In this document: piece after piece, positions 38,551-52,360 of the stretch | Layout of the letters: each line of letters begins with the position of its first letter | How positions within the stretch are numbered: the stretch's first letter is position 1 | Assembly (NCBI RefSeq): GCF_036321535.1 | Contig: NC_087436.1 | Span: 74,092,001 to 74,156,000, forward strand | Reading direction: 5' to 3' | DNA from: Camelus dromedarius | Lineage: Eukaryota | DNA: 64,000 nucleotides | Translations under genes and position numbers: made by a program | Notes under the pieces: generated by a model | Databases searched by the model: none | Seen by the model: the letters and a program-made list of their open reading frames with translations, nothing else | Told to the model about the DNA's origin: nothing

Positions 38551-38718
38551 ATGATGAGGACCACAGAGAACTTCGAGGAGCCTAGTGCCACACTAAACCC
38601 TAACAGGACCCCCAGGGGAAGGTACATTTATCTGGAAGCGTTCCTGCAGGGAGGAGCTCCCTGGGGTTTTACTTTGAAAGGTGGCCTGGAGCACGGAGAA
38701 CCATTAATCATCTCTAAG
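38551..38718 (+). CDS. SHROOM3: SHROOM3 first coding exon (168 nt, 56 codons): [56 protein letters not shown], start of the PDZ domain
   Basis: Shroom-type PDZ motif [12 protein letters not shown]. Phase-0 donor AAG|gtatgt at 38719. SHROOM3 is the known head-to-head neighbour of CCDC158 in mammals. No exon 2 seen in the window. Confidence 0.96.
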
Positions 38719-41554
38719 GTATGTTTATTTTTCCAATCTTGTCTTTATTCCAGTTGCTTTTTCAACCTTTCAACTTTTGTCAGATCTGTCAAAAACACAA
38801 AGATAATGCTGGGGATTGCCTGGATATTGCTTAATTTGCTGTTTCATACCTTTCTGATTATATCTGGAAATACTTTGCATAGCTTGGTGTTTGAAAGAAA
38901 AATGTGTCTAGCTCGTTTATTCTGTGAAATCCCAGGGAAAAATGTGCTTGTTTGATCGATAATCTCTTTTTGTGAATGAAATAGTGTAAAACCAGCTACC
39001 ACATGATCTCTTCAGTTATAAATCGGATTAAAGGTTAACAGCTTGGTTAAGGTGGTGGCTTGGTGTATATCTGTGTACGTGCGCATTTATTTAGCATGTG
39101 GCTAGGAAAATACCCGCTTTCTCCTTTCAGTGGAAAATATCTAGCATTCCAAAATATTTTAGAATTTGTAATTCTGGATAATTGACTGCATAAATATTAT
39201 TTATTGCTTTTTGCACACTCACAGAGAATTAAATCAGCTTTTAGTATAATTCAAGGGCAAAACAGCATTTCTGCCTCTTCTATTTATCTATGTATTTAAG
39301 CCAATTTTTAAACTTTTGTCCTCCTGCAACACTCCTCAATTCTTCATTTATCTTTGGTGTGAGTAGGTAGAATGAACCCTTTTTATGCATTAGGCTTGTA
39401 GTTTTGCTTTTCTCTTAAACTACAGAGATTAAGAAAGAATACAGAGATTTCTTTTAAAATTTCAGAATACTAGCAGTCTAAAACAAGAGAGTATAAGTGC
39501 TTTTCACACATAAACATTACTCAAGAAATATATGTAATTGAGGGGGAAAATTTATTTTTAGTCTGAGGATGGGAAAGAGGTAAATATACATTTTGCCTGA
39601 GCTCTGTTACTTATTTAAGGTTTTCATATCCCACCGAAATCTGTGTTTTGAGAGGGACTGAAATGATTTTTACTGTGGATAAGCCAGTGGGAACTGGTTT
39701 CCAGCAGTCAGCCAAGAGTGTGCAGAATGTCACTGTAAGTTGTGTAACATTTCCTTACCTTCATAAGAAAACAAAAGATATGTGTACATATATATGTATC
39801 AGTTAGCAAAGATTCCAGCTATGTTACTGAAAACCCAATTGATAATGGTCTAGGTAAATTGGGGTTAGTTTTTCTCATATTACATGAAGTCTGGAGTTAG
39901 GCTGTGCAGGCTAGGAGCAGCAGCTCCTAATGTCATCAGTAACTTCACTTATCTCTCCACTCTGCCTTCCTCATGATGTTGGCTTTTGTCTTCATGGTTG
40001 CAAGGTGGATGCCATACCTCCAGCATTGCAGCTTCATTCTGGGCAGGGATTTGGCTTTTTACTTGGAAAGGGACAAGCTCCCTATTTGACTTTTGCTTGC
40101 ATCTCATTGACCAGAACTGTGCCACAAAGCTATCCTTAGACCAGTTATGGCCAAGGGCAATGAGGTTTCTGTAACTAGTTTAGACCAGTCAAGATTTCTC
40201 TTCTGGTTTGCAGTAGAAACCTAACCTTCCTGTTGTCGAGGAATCTCTGTCTACTATTTGAACAAATTGAGTTTCTGTTTTCAGGAAGAAGGAGGGAATG
40301 GGTGCTGGGTATATAGCTGAGAATGTCTGCCACAGACATAAGTATTATCTCTGCATTTTAAAACTCTGGTTGTACACTCATTTTGCCTGGTCTTTAATGA
40401 TAAGATATGTATCTGTTCACTAGAATATAGTTTGCTGTCAAACAGCCCTAATCCTACTACCAATGAGCCACTCTGCTAAGGCTCCATTTTATCTGCAGAA
40501 CGGGGGTAAACGATTATCTCCTTCATCAGACTGTGTAGGGGGGATTAAATGAAACCATACATTTAGAATAGTTAGCATAGGGGCTGGTATGCAGAAAGAG
40601 CTAAAAAAAAACTTAGCAAAGGTTGTGACAATTTTCCATTATTCGAGGAGACATTTGTATTAGGATACAGATTTGGCTGCTGTACAGAAATCCAAACTAA
40701 CAATAGCTTAAACAATATAGGAATTTATATATGTCTCACATGATAACCTGAGCATAAGCCAAACTGAAAGATGGCTGCATGGGGTCAGGGACCCAAGTCC
40801 CTTCTACTTTCTTACTTCCATCTCTGGGGGGATGCCCCGTCTGCATGGTCTGAGGTGACTTGCCACAACATCTGCTTTCCAGTCAGTAAGAAGTGGAAAA
40901 AGAGCAAAGAGAAGGCCATCTCCTTCCTTCCAAGGGTATAATCTGGTGTGGTCTGCTCTGTCCAGTATGGTAGCCACCAGCCGCACGTGGCTATTTCCAT
41001 TTCAATTAAAAGTAATTAAAATGAAATTCAATTTTAGATTCTGTTTCTCATATCCACTAGCTAGATTTCAAGTGCCATATGGCTTCAGAGTTCTTGAATA
41101 TCTCTCCCCACCCTGTCTGGCAAACTCATATAAATCCAAGCTCCATTTCTTCCTCTCTCTGTGGTTTTCCTGACATCAAGGTGGGTTGGGTGGTCTCTCT
41201 TCTATACCCCTTAGCTTGCATTTATTATGCCAAGTCATTATTTTTTTAAAAATTTTGACTGTCTTCTCAGAAGTTTATGAGCCTCCTGAAGGGCTGGGAC
41301 TATTTCCTTTTCATCTCTACCATATCTAACTCAGACCCCGGGTACACAAATATTTGTTGAGTAAATGAAAAATCATGGGCTATGTCTTACTCATCTTGCA
41401 TTTCTGAGATCCAGCAGAGTGCCTAGCACAGAGTAGGTGCTCAGTAACTTCTGTTGAATTAATAAGCCAAGACGAAACAGAGCAGGAGGCAGTGTAGGCA
41501 GGGAGGCAGAGTCCCAGGAGATGAGGTTGCCAGGCAGATCTCCACAGGTGGAGT

Positions 41555-42045
41555 GTGTATCAGTTTCCCATTGCTGCTGTAAAAATTACCACTTAAACAA
41601 CACAAACTTAGTGTCTTACAGTTCTCTAGGTCACAAGTCTAACACAGGTCTCACTGGGCTAAGATCAAAGTGTCAACAAGGCTGTGTTCCTTTTTGGAGG
41701 CTGTAGAGGGAAAAAAATCTATTTCCTTACTCTTCCCACCTTCTAGAAGCTGCCCACATTCCCTGGCTCCTGGCCCCGTTCCTCCATCTTCTAACCCAGC
41801 AACACAAGTTGAGTCCCTCTCACATTGCATTATTCTGATCTCTAACTCTTGCCTCCCTCTTCCCATTTTAAAGTACCCGTGAGATTACATTGGGCCCACC
41901 AGGATAATCTATCTCCCTGTTTTAAGATCAGTTGAGTAAAACCTTATTTCTGTCTGTGGCCTTAATTCCTCTTTACTATGTAACCTAATATATGCACAGT
42001 TTCCAGAGATTAGAACGTGGATGTCTTTGGGGACAGAGGGCATTT
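41555..42045. mobile_element. MaLR LTR (MLT1D-like)
   Basis: tgtatcagtttcccattgctgctgt...gattacattgggcccacc...ccagagattag. Confidence 0.8.
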
Positions 42046-42719
42046 GAACATTGATGAAAGTCCACATAATTAAGACAGTACCAGGGATGAGGCAAGTAAA
42101 ATTAAGTGGCTGATTGTGTGAATCCCAGATCTTATTTCTATGGAAAAAGTGCACAAGAGCTCATACACTGCTAACCAAATGTTCACTATTCCCCTAATGT
42201 AGGGTAACCCCCACTGTAAGTGAAGGGAAGGGACAGAACACACTGAGTCGTACCTATGAAAGGCACGTACACTTATACAAAGCAGTTATAAGCTGCCAGT
42301 CATGGATGACAATATAATGAATGAAATATCATTTTTCTTTAGGTACAAATGAGGCAGGAGAATGAATGGGGGAAAAGGAGCTACAAAAGGGTGGCCATAA
42401 AGGAAATCATTTCCAGATCATTTTCTTTGGGATTTAATGTCCTTGAAAAGGAAAGGTGGAGTTAAGAAAAGAGCCTCTATAATCTGTGAACTTCAAAAAG
42501 AAAGGGTAACTATCTTTTTAACAGGGATTGTCTGCAGAAGCTCAAGTAATTCAATAGTTCAGGAAGTTGGCAGCATGACTTTATTATGACTCACTCTGTA
42601 TTGTGACTGAGAAAAGCAGTTTCACCTGTTGTGGGGATGCACCTGCCCCTAGGATTCATAAATCAAGTAACGACTACAACACCAACAAACAACAACAGGT
42701 AGCAATCACTAGTAAATGC

Positions 42720-42960
42720 TGTCACTTGCTAAGTGCTTACTCCGCCAAGCTCAGTGCCAAGAGATCCGCACGTGTTAACGCATTAAATTTCCACAACTTC
42801 GTGAGGAAGGCAGCATTATTATGCCAACTTTATACATGAGAAACCGAGACACGGAATCTGAGTAGCTTTCTGAAGTCCTCACAGCTAGCAGTAAATGCTG
42901 GAGCTGGAGTTTGAGTCCAGGCATTCTGGTTCTCCAGAGCCCGTGCACTTAACAGGCTAT
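42720..42960. mobile_element. MIR SINE
   Basis: MIR core (tttatacatgagaaaccgagac...gagtttgagtccaggc). Confidence 0.7.
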
Positions 42961-45900
42961 GCCACTCGGTCATTGTTGCCTACCAGATATTTGTCTCTGT
43001 CTAGATTCCAGAGCTGTTATCTGGGGGAAATACGGGATTAATATTTTGTTACATATGTTTCTAAATTTATTAGAGGGAAAGGATATTTTAAAATCTTAGT
43101 CCTATAAGGTCCCCTAAAATAGGTGTAAGAACTCCTTTAAGTTGTTCAAGTCCCATCAAAGGAGGGACTGCTTAACATTTGTTAATTAGTGTTGTTGTGT
43201 TGCCTTCGCTGGAGGAGGCATCATTTTCGTGCACTTAAAAGGAGTAAAGCCTCCACATGTACTTCATATGCCTACATGGCCTAAGGCTCCCTAAGAAGAA
43301 GACTAAAAAGTGCAGCCCAGCCAAAAAGAAGTGTGAGTGGGCCAGTTCAGCCTTTGGGAAGAAGAGGAGGAAAAAGGAGGCTGATTTTACTTATATGGGG
43401 GAAATCCTAAAGCAAACCCGCCCAGACGTCATGGATGCTCCTGGGTCCTGGGCGCACTGGGCTCTCTGGACCACTGGTGACTGGGACAGATCAGCCTGCA
43501 GCTAGATTGCTCTAAGACAGCCACAGAAAAGCTATCACCAGCAGAGACCTCCTTGAAGCGGTCAAGCAGAGAAATTCTTGGAAGAGCTTTTAGAGAAATG
43601 AAGTGTTTGTGAATGGCCCGGTTGTTGGAAATGATTGCACTTGTCCAAAAAAAATTCAATGTGTCAGAGGGCTGGGTTGGAAGACAAGGTATTTAAGAAG
43701 TACTGGCAACAACAGGAATCTTGGTGCTACACAGCTGGTCTCTGGGTCCTGTGTTTTTTAGCCTCTGATGTCATTTGTAGGAAACAAGGACATTTTCTCT
43801 TACATGTTTAAAAAAAAAATCTGGGCTTCGGAATTCAAGGTAAGTCATTGTCTCTTAGGTCTCTTACATCATCAACACTCAGAGCACATATTACTAATTT
43901 CTGCCCTCCTGAGAGGTATCTTTGCTCTGGCTGGACTCTCTTCTGTGCCATCTCATGTATAAATTCTGTTGGTTCTGTCTTCCACACCGTTACACCTCCC
44001 TCTCTGAAACTGCTCTTGCCACCTATAACACCATCATCCTCTTCCTGTCAGTCTGAACTACAGCCTTCCCCTACCAATCCCTATCCCAGCCACACCTTTC
44101 CATTCTTTATCCATAAGGGGGTGCTTTTGCAAGGTGACATCAGAGATAACCTCAAACATATGTCCCCTGGCTTCTTGTTGTCTGACACTACTGATTTTAA
44201 AATGGATTCTTTCATTGGGTTCTTCTAGCCTTAGTGATAGGAGCTAATCCCTGAGTCCTCCTCATGATTCCTCCTCTGAAGAGAATCATCCAAAACATCT
44301 CAATCAACCTGCCATTTCAGGGTGAAATGAACTGCTTTACTGCATGTGAGCAGCCTTGGAAGTAGGAACAGTCCACAGGTTAGATTACTCACTTGGAACA
44401 TACTTAAATTGTCTGGATGACCGTGTTGAGATTCTGGATTTTCGATATCCATCTGTCCAACCTGAGCACCTTACAGCCTTCTAGCTTCCTCAGTGATCCT
44501 TGATTGCAACACACCAACAGCAGCCGCACAGTCTTTCTTGGCCCATTTCTTCTGCACTAAAACAAAGGTTATCTTACAAGGTTATGAGCCACGGTCCCTG
44601 AGCTCAATATGAAACTGAATTTTAGGCAGTTCTCCCAAAACCATGGGTTGGTTGATTTCGTTCATCCCAAAGTCATCTTTTTCATCTCCTTCCCAAAACC
44701 AAGCTAGACTAGCTTGTTACTGACCTTTTAAAATAGCCTGTCCTTCTAAGTTTCTCTCCCTACTTCTCTTACTCTTTCCTGTAACATTCTTTGCCCTTCA
44801 TACCAGGCTAGCCTCATCTCTCTGCTGTCCTCAAACTAATTTGTTTGGTCCCTCATTGTTCCATCCCCCTCTGTCCTGCATTTGCATTTAGTCTTTCTTC
44901 CTCTCATCTCCCCTTTATTCATGCCGTCTTCTGGTACAGGGAGTGGTTTGCGTTTGGCCAATAAATGGTAATCACTTTGAAATGAGCTTTACTGAGGCTA
45001 TATAACTTGTTTCTCCTGGCAAAATACTTCTCATTCCACACACAACAAACGCTCAGTAAATGTTGAATGAGTTATAGGATGTTAGAGCTGTAAAGAATCT
45101 GAGCCATCGTCAAATCCAACTTCCTCATTACACAGAGAGGAAACTTAAGCATGATAAAGTTCATTTACTTGTCAAGATGGTTTCTACCATAAAAAACAAA
45201 TGTGTGTGTGTGTGTGTGTGCACGCATGTGTGTGTGTAAAGCTCAGCTGGTGAGGAAATGATTGCTTTCTAGTTGTGCCATTCACACTTTTGTATGAATC
45301 CTAGCTCCCTGTTAGGCTGGTCTAGAAGCTAAGGACCTTTCTTTCCTCCCTCCCTCCTTTCCTTCCTTCTTTTCTGTCTCTTGTCCACAGTGCTTAAACT
45401 GTGCTTAACAATGATGAAAATGAAAACATATTAATGAAGAGAAAGGCAAATGAATATTAAGGAGGATCTTCTTTAAAGTCTTTGTTAGAAAGATGTCAAG
45501 GCCATGATACTAGAAAACCCTGTTTAAAAAATGAAAGTAAGTAGGTTGAGTTTGACCTTCAATTTAGTGATGGCATGCACATATTTAATGTTTGGTAAAT
45601 GTCTATTGAATTGAACTGATTGGAAAAATGGCAATTCATGTTTTTAATTTAAACTTTAAGAAATTATCTAAACTTTGCTTAAAGTGTTCTCTGTTTTTAG
45701 ACAAAACCTAAGCATGTGATCCTATCAATGTTGTCAGTAATAACTTTCATTCAAGTAGCATGCTTTCTTTTAAAGCTAATATAGTCCCAAGGCACTGCCT
45801 CCTATACAGAGAGCATGATATAAGAAATGTTTGTCTCATTGAGCCCACAATGTGATTGGAGACACATCATAAGAGACTTTCTATCAATCTTTGAAAAAAT

Positions 45901-47159
45901 AAAGCCCCAAAGGACATTCTGGATCTTACCTAACCCACAGATTCTTCCACGTCTGTCCCTTTGATGTACTTCCAAACAGTGAACATCTTCATCTAAAGAA
46001 CTACAGAGTCATTGTTCTCCCAGTTGGACCATCCCAGGAGTCCACCCATCTCTCATGCTCTGACATCCCCGGCTCTTCTCAGTGAAACGAAATAAGGCAA
46101 AGACCCTCTGCTAAACCTGAGCACTGTTTCTTCCCCTCTTCTAATGACTACCCCCACAAAAGAGAACTTGTGTATCTCCATCTCCTGCCTTCAGAGGAGG
46201 CTTTTCTAACTTGGCAGACTGAGGTGCAGAGCTCTCTGTCCTGGGCATCTGAGCCTGAATTTGCTTTTAAGTCAACTGCAATTTTCATTTCTCAGCCTTT
46301 CATGCATCTACTCATTATCTCCTTCTCCATTTTGAACTGCATCTTACCTTAGAGATTAATGAGATCTATCTTTATTTTATTTTTAAATCTCTTTATTTTT
46401 AAATGCTCTTTAGTATGTCTGTATTGATTTATCTTTTTTCTTTTCCATGTTATCTTTTTTTGCCTTCATTTTAGACCAGGCTGTCCAGTGTAGCAAAACA
46501 TATATCCCAAACACTGTAGAGATTGGAGTGAAAATAAATGAGTTTCATTTCTACCGTAGTGTTAAGTGGCTGTGCGACCACGGGCAGGTAACTTGGCTTT
46601 CCTGAATCTGTGTCCTCGCCTTTAAAAATGGAGCATTCTTGTCTGATGGAGATGTTATAGTATCCAGTGGATTAAGTTATACGACCGTGTTTTGAAATGA
46701 CAAAACACATTCAGAACTTAGTCATGATATGATGTTACAGACTACTGAATAGAAGTTAGCAACTCACATAACAGAGGTGATGTTTGGCTGATTTTCTGTA
46801 TCATGAGCAACAGTTGCTACTTGAACAGATAATACCCTGACCCTCATGGAGCTGATAGTCCAGTAGAAATAAACTGGCAGTAAATACATTGTTAATGATA
46901 ATTTCAGGGTTGGTAAGTGTTATTAAGAGAAAAAAAGGTAGGTTCCAGGGTGGCATTGTCTGTGAAGTGTGGGGAGCAGGGTTGACTTTAAATAGTGTGG
47001 TTGGAAAAGAGTTTTCCGATAAGATGACATCTGAGCTAAGACCTGAAGGATGAGAAATAAGAAATCAGACATACAAGAGGTCTGTAAGTTAGGCTGAGGC
47101 AGGAAAGTCTTGGAGTGTTTCAGAAACATGAAGAAAGACAGTGTGGTTGGAGTATAGTA

Positions 47160-47525
47160 GGTATCTTAGTCTGTCTGGACTGCTATAACAGAATCCCATG
47201 GACTGGGTGGCTTATAAACAACAGAAACTTATTTCTCCCAGTTCTCAAGGCTGGGAAGTCCAAGGTCAGGTCGCTGGCAGATTCAGTATCCAGCGAGGGC
47301 CCACTTCCTGGTCCATAGATAACATTTTCTCACTGTGTCCTCACACAGTGGAGGGACAGGGGAGCTCTGTGAGATCTTGTCTATAAGGGCATGAATCCTG
47401 TTAATGAGGGCTCCACCCTCATGACCTAATCACCACCCAAAGTCCCCACCTCCAAATACCATCACACTGGGGGATAGGTTTCAACATATGAATTTGAGAG
47501 GGACATATTCTCAGTATATAACATT
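47160..47525. mobile_element. MaLR LTR (MLT1A-like) nested in an L2
   Basis: ggctgggaagtccaaggtcagg...ccctcatgacctaatcacc...tttcaacatatgaattt. Confidence 0.8.
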
Positions 47526-48089
47526 AAGCAGGAGAGGGAGTGGTATGGCAGCAAAATGGTAAGATAGGCAGAGGTCAGATCATATAGGACCTTGTAGGCT
47601 GTGGAAAGGACCTTGGACTGGATTTAAGTACAGGATGTGAGGGAGGATGTATCACACGACTACTTATGGTGGGATGGGCTGATTGCATGTCATTAAACTG
47701 TGGGAGATTTTTAGTGCTGACTGTTTAAAAAAAAAAAATATATATATATATATTCTTTTAAATTATAGGCTATTACAAGATATTGAATATAGCTCCCTGT
47801 GCTATACAGTAGTACCTAGTTGTTTATCTATTTTGTATATAGTAGTTTGTATCTGCCAATCCCAAACTCTCCCTTTCGCCTTCGGTAACCATAAATTTGT
47901 CTTCTATGTCTGTGAGTCTGCTTCAGTTTTGTAAATAAGTTCATTTGTATATTTTAGATTCCACATGTGAGTGATATATAATATTTGTCTTTCTCTGACT
48001 TACTTCCCTTAGTATGATAATCTCTAGGTCCATCCATGTTGCTGCAAATGGCATTATTTCATTCTTTTTTATGGCTGAGTAGTATTCCA

Positions 48090-48091
<2 letters not shown>

Positions 48092-48147
<56 letters not shown>

Positions 48148-48158
48148 CTCTCTCTCTC
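48092..48158. repeat. Long perfect (GT)n followed by (TC)n
   Basis: Direct reading, about 27 GT units. Confidence 0.97.
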
Positions 48159-48757
48159 ATCTTCTTTATCCATTCATCTGTTGCTTCCATGCCTTAGCTA
48201 TTGTAAATAATGCTGCTATGAATTGGGATGCATGTATCTTTTTGAATTACTAGAGTTTTCTCTGGATGTATGCCCAGGAGTGGGATAGCTGGATCGTAGG
48301 GTAAGTCTATTTTTAGTTTTTTAAGGAACCTCCATGCTGATTTCCACAGTGGCTGCACCAATTTACATTTCCACCAATAGTGTAGGAGGATACCCTTTTC
48401 TCCACATCCTGTCCAGAATTTATCATTTTGGACTTTTAAATTATGGCCATTCTGACTGGTGAGGTGATACCTCATTGTAATTTTGATTTGCATTTCTCTG
48501 ATAATTAGTGATGTTGAGCATCTTTTCATGTGCCTATTGGCCATCTGTATGTCTTCTTTGGAGAATGTCTATTTAGGTCGTCTGCTCATTTTTTGATTGG
48601 GTTGCTTGTTTTTCTGTTATTGACTTTATGAGCTGTTTGTATATTTTGGAAATTAAGTTCTTGTCACTGGAATTGTTTGCAAATATTTTCTCCCAGTCCA
48701 TCAGTTGTCTTTTTGTTTTGTTTATGGTTTCCTTTGCTGTGCAAAAGCTTGTAAGTT

Positions 48758-48922
48758 AAGGGGGGACGGTGTAGCTCAAGTGGTAGAGTGCATGCTTAGC
48801 GTGCACGAGGTCCTGGATTCAATCCCCAGTCCCTCCTCTCATAATAAAGAAAGAAATAAACCTAATTACCTCCTCCTCCAAAAAAACCCTAAATAAGTCA
48901 CTCTTCAAAAAAAAAAAAAAAA
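48758..48922 (+). mobile_element. tRNA-derived SINE (Vic-1-like), young
   Basis: A box TAGCTCAAGTGG, B-box-like GGATTCAATCC, long pure polyA. Perfect 15-bp TSD AAAAGCTTGTAAGTT at 48743-48757 / 48923-48937. Confidence 0.9.
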
Positions 48923-49869
48923 AAAAGCTTGTAAGTTTAATTAGGTCCCATTAATTTATTTTTGCTTTTATTTTTATTGCCTCAGGAGACTGATCTAATA
49001 AAACATTGGTACAATTTATGTCAGAGATTTATGTTTCATCTGTCTTCTCTCTTAGGAGTTTGATGGTGTCCTGTCTTATATTTAGATCTTTAAGCCATTT
49101 TGAGTGCATTTTTGTGTATGGTGTGAGGGAGTGTTCTAATTTCACTGATTTACATGCGGCTGTCCAGCTTTCTCCACACCACTATTGTGCTGACCCTTAA
49201 AGCCACCTTCTCTTCTTTCCCTCAGACATTTCTAAGGCACTTCTTGGCTCTACAAGAGGACACCACCTTCCAAAAGACAGCTGTCGAAATTCATTGTGAT
49301 TTACGTAATGATGCACAAATAAACAGTAAATATTCTTTTTTTTATTAGTTGGGAGGAGATTCTTCCCCTTCACCCTATACCTGTTGATCTCTTGGGTTAT
49401 TTTTCACTTCAAGACAACAAGATTTCCTGGGTTGCTTTTGTCATAGCAACATGACTTATTATTATTTTTTAAAATTTTTTATTGAAGTGTAGTTGATTTA
49501 CAATATTAGTTTCAGGTGTACAGCAAAGTGATTTAGTTATACATATACATATATTTTCCTTTCAGATTCTTTTCCATTATATATTATTACAAGAAATTGA
49601 ATATAGTTCCCTGTGCTATACAATAGGTCCTTGTTATTTATCTATTTTATATATAGTAATATGCTATGTTAGGTTCTTTATTCTTTTTTTGGAGAACACA
49701 ATTTGTCTTCAGATTTGAGAAAAGAGGTTTTTCGCAAATGATGGAGCCAGTATGAAAGTTAAGTTATTTCATGCATCCACTCACACATTCAGTTAACACA
49801 TTATTTATTGAGTGTCTAAAATATGATAGAATTGGGGAAACAACAGCAAACAAGGTCCCTGCAAGGTCC

Positions 49870-50300
49870 TGCACCTAGAGAAGGAATGGGTTCCTATTTC
49901 TTTTTATACCACTGGAGCTGACCCTGGCACGGCCAGCCCACATTCCCTCGCCTTCCTTGGCTGTGCACAAAGGCTTGACTTCCCACTGTCAGCATCTGCA
50001 TTTCTTTGCTTAAGGACTTTATTTTGCCTCTGCTTGGATTAGCAACACTGGAGCACCCCTCAACCCATGACAGTGAGGAGGAAGAGCCCAGCTCTCATCC
50101 CCTGCAGGGGCTAGCTGAGGCGCCAGTTTCCACTAACTCCTAGGGGGCCCACGGTTGCAGCTGACTTGATAATAGGACTGCCCGCCTCTCCCTGCCTCCT
50201 TTGCCCACTTCCTTGCCAGTTTTCTTCACTTCCCAGAGAAACTCCTCACATTTGAGTTCTCATTGCAGAGTCTGCTTCCGGGAAAACCCAAACCCAGATA
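49870..50300 (+). mobile_element. Old ERVL-class LTR (LTR16/LTR33-like)
   Basis: 3' end cagagtctgcttccgggaaaacccaaacccagata resembles these LTR termini. Confidence 0.55.
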
Positions 50301-51789
50301 ACCATCATCTATGGACTGCTTACCAAGTGAAAGCTGGATCCTAAAATCTAACCTAGATCTGTTTCCAAAGCCTATGCTCCTTCCACTTGGCTATGGAGGA
50401 ATCCTATGGTTTCTTAGACCTAACATTTCCTTGGGTGCTAAGAAAAGGAGAAATTCATTCCTAGGCGTGATGTTCTGCAGTTCTCTCCCTCATCTTCTCC
50501 CTATCGCACATGAGCCTGCCTTTTGCTTTCTTCTCCATTGAATGGATTGATGAGCATCACAGTTTTTACCCTCACTTCTTTTTTCTGTTACCAATCCAGC
50601 ACCAAGAGACTTCCCTTCCCCTGAGGGGAGGATCCACTCTTTCTTTTGTTCCATAGGTTCTTTTATTCTACAGGTTCTGTAGGTTAGTGCTTAAGGAAAA
50701 TGTGACCCCCTGAGCAGAACAGACAGCGAAAATTATATCTGATTTGGGGGGAGCGGGGCTCACTGAGCCTTGTTTCTTTTCTAGAATTTAATTTACATTG
50801 CTTCTTTTCTTTCTCAATTCATGCTATTAACATAGCACAAGAAAAAAAGTGAACAACATACTATTTTTTTTAGCATAAAATGTGTGACAGTTTAACCTGG
50901 CAGTGGCTTGAAGTTCAGCACCTAAGCAAGCAATAAAATATAACATAATTTCCAACCCATAGCAAACCCCAAAATAACAGAATAAGTTTCCAATACTGAA
51001 CGGCAGTTTCCCGGTATAACTTGTACCGCCGCCAATTTCAATACAAGAAGCTTCTTTTCTTTTGGAGCTGTGTCCCCACAGTATGAATATTCTTTGACTC
51101 CCTCTGTTGTCCATTCCCAATTTCCTTGTTTTTTGCTTGAGTTCACTGAAGATTGACAACCGGTAGCCTCATGTGACAGCCATTAGTCGGCCTTAAACCT
51201 CAGCTTGATCTTGAATAGATAGAATAATGAATAGATTTTATGTAATATAATTCATGTTGTCAGCTATATGAAATTGGCAGCTCAAGAGAGACTAAATATG
51301 CTTCTAGTCTTCTCTTTTCTATGTTCCTATTTGAATATAATAATGCAGAAGGCATCGTTCCTTCCTTCAATTAAAGCACTTTTATAGCAGTCTGAACTCT
51401 GAATCATAGAGCAATAAACATACATTCTATCAAAAAAGGAGAAGGTAAAGAAGATAAGTGTTTTCTTCTTCGTATTAGTGGGAATTAACAAGCATTTAAA
51501 AAACTTGTGTTTGTGTGTGTGAGCCCAGGGAGGGGCATTTAATCATAACGAAGGAGGTCTTGGCAAGTCAGTGTTCATTTTACTCTCATGGCATTGGTTG
51601 CTGAGCACATATATGCCCACTCTAGCTCCAGGGAGCCTGTGGAACAGAAAAGACTCAGAAAGTCACACAGAAGAAAACCGTCTCCTAACCTTCCATCTCT
51701 CAAGCAGGGGGAAAGATGCATTCTTCTTGGTCAAAATTCCTTGGTTTGTCCTATTTATGCTGTCATTTCATGGAGGTTAAAAATATACC

Positions 51790-52360
51790 TTTCCATACAT
51801 TGCTGGTAGGAATGTAAAATGGTGCAGCCACTTTGGAAAAACAGATGGCAGTTCCTTAAAATGCTAAACATGGAGTGACAATATCACCCAACAATTATAC
51901 TTCTAAGTATATACCCAGGAGAAATGAAAACATATGTCTATACAAAGACAAACTCAGATGTTCATAGCCGCATTGTTCACAATAGCCATGAAGTGGAAAA
52001 AAATCTAAAGTCCTGTCAACTGCTTAAACGAAACATGGTATAGCCGTATGACAGAGTACTATTTAGCAGTAAAAAGGAACTGAATACTAATACACGTAAC
52101 AACATAGATTAACCTTAAAAATATTGAGCTCAGTTAAAGAAGCCAGACACAATAAAACACATATTATATAATTCCATTTATGTGAGATGTCCAGAACAGG
52201 CAGATCTATAGAAACAGAAAGCAGGTTAATGGTCGCCTAAGGCTAGGGATGGGAATGGAGAGTAACTATAGATGGCACAAAGATTCTTTCTGAGGTGATG
52301 GACATGTTCTGAAAGTACATTGCAGTGATGGGTGCAAAATTTATATTAAAAATTGTTGAA
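51790..52360 (+). mobile_element. L1 3' fragment (L1MB-like)
   Basis: ttgctggtaggaatgtaaaatggtgcagccactttggaaaa...aagaagccagacac. Confidence 0.85.

Larger units (their letters stand above)
47726..49186 (-). mobile_element. L1 3' portion, containing (GT)n and a SINE
   Basis: ORF 48194..48544 is the ORF2 C-terminus ([21 protein letters not shown]). Partial TSD GTGCTGAC at 47714 / 49187. Confidence 0.92.

Noticed and set aside
38719..38955. C-terminal 78 aa of ORF 38551..38955
   Set aside because: Intron read-through past the canonical donor at 38719. PDZ similarity stops at IISK.
48760..48832. Possible tRNA gene (Ala-like)
   Set aside because: Followed by a SINE tail and polyA, flanked by TSDs, with a degenerate B box. 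It is a SINE head.
50827..51159. 110-aa and 74-aa minus-strand ORFs as a possible retrogene
   Set aside because: No recognisable homology, polyA tail or TSD.
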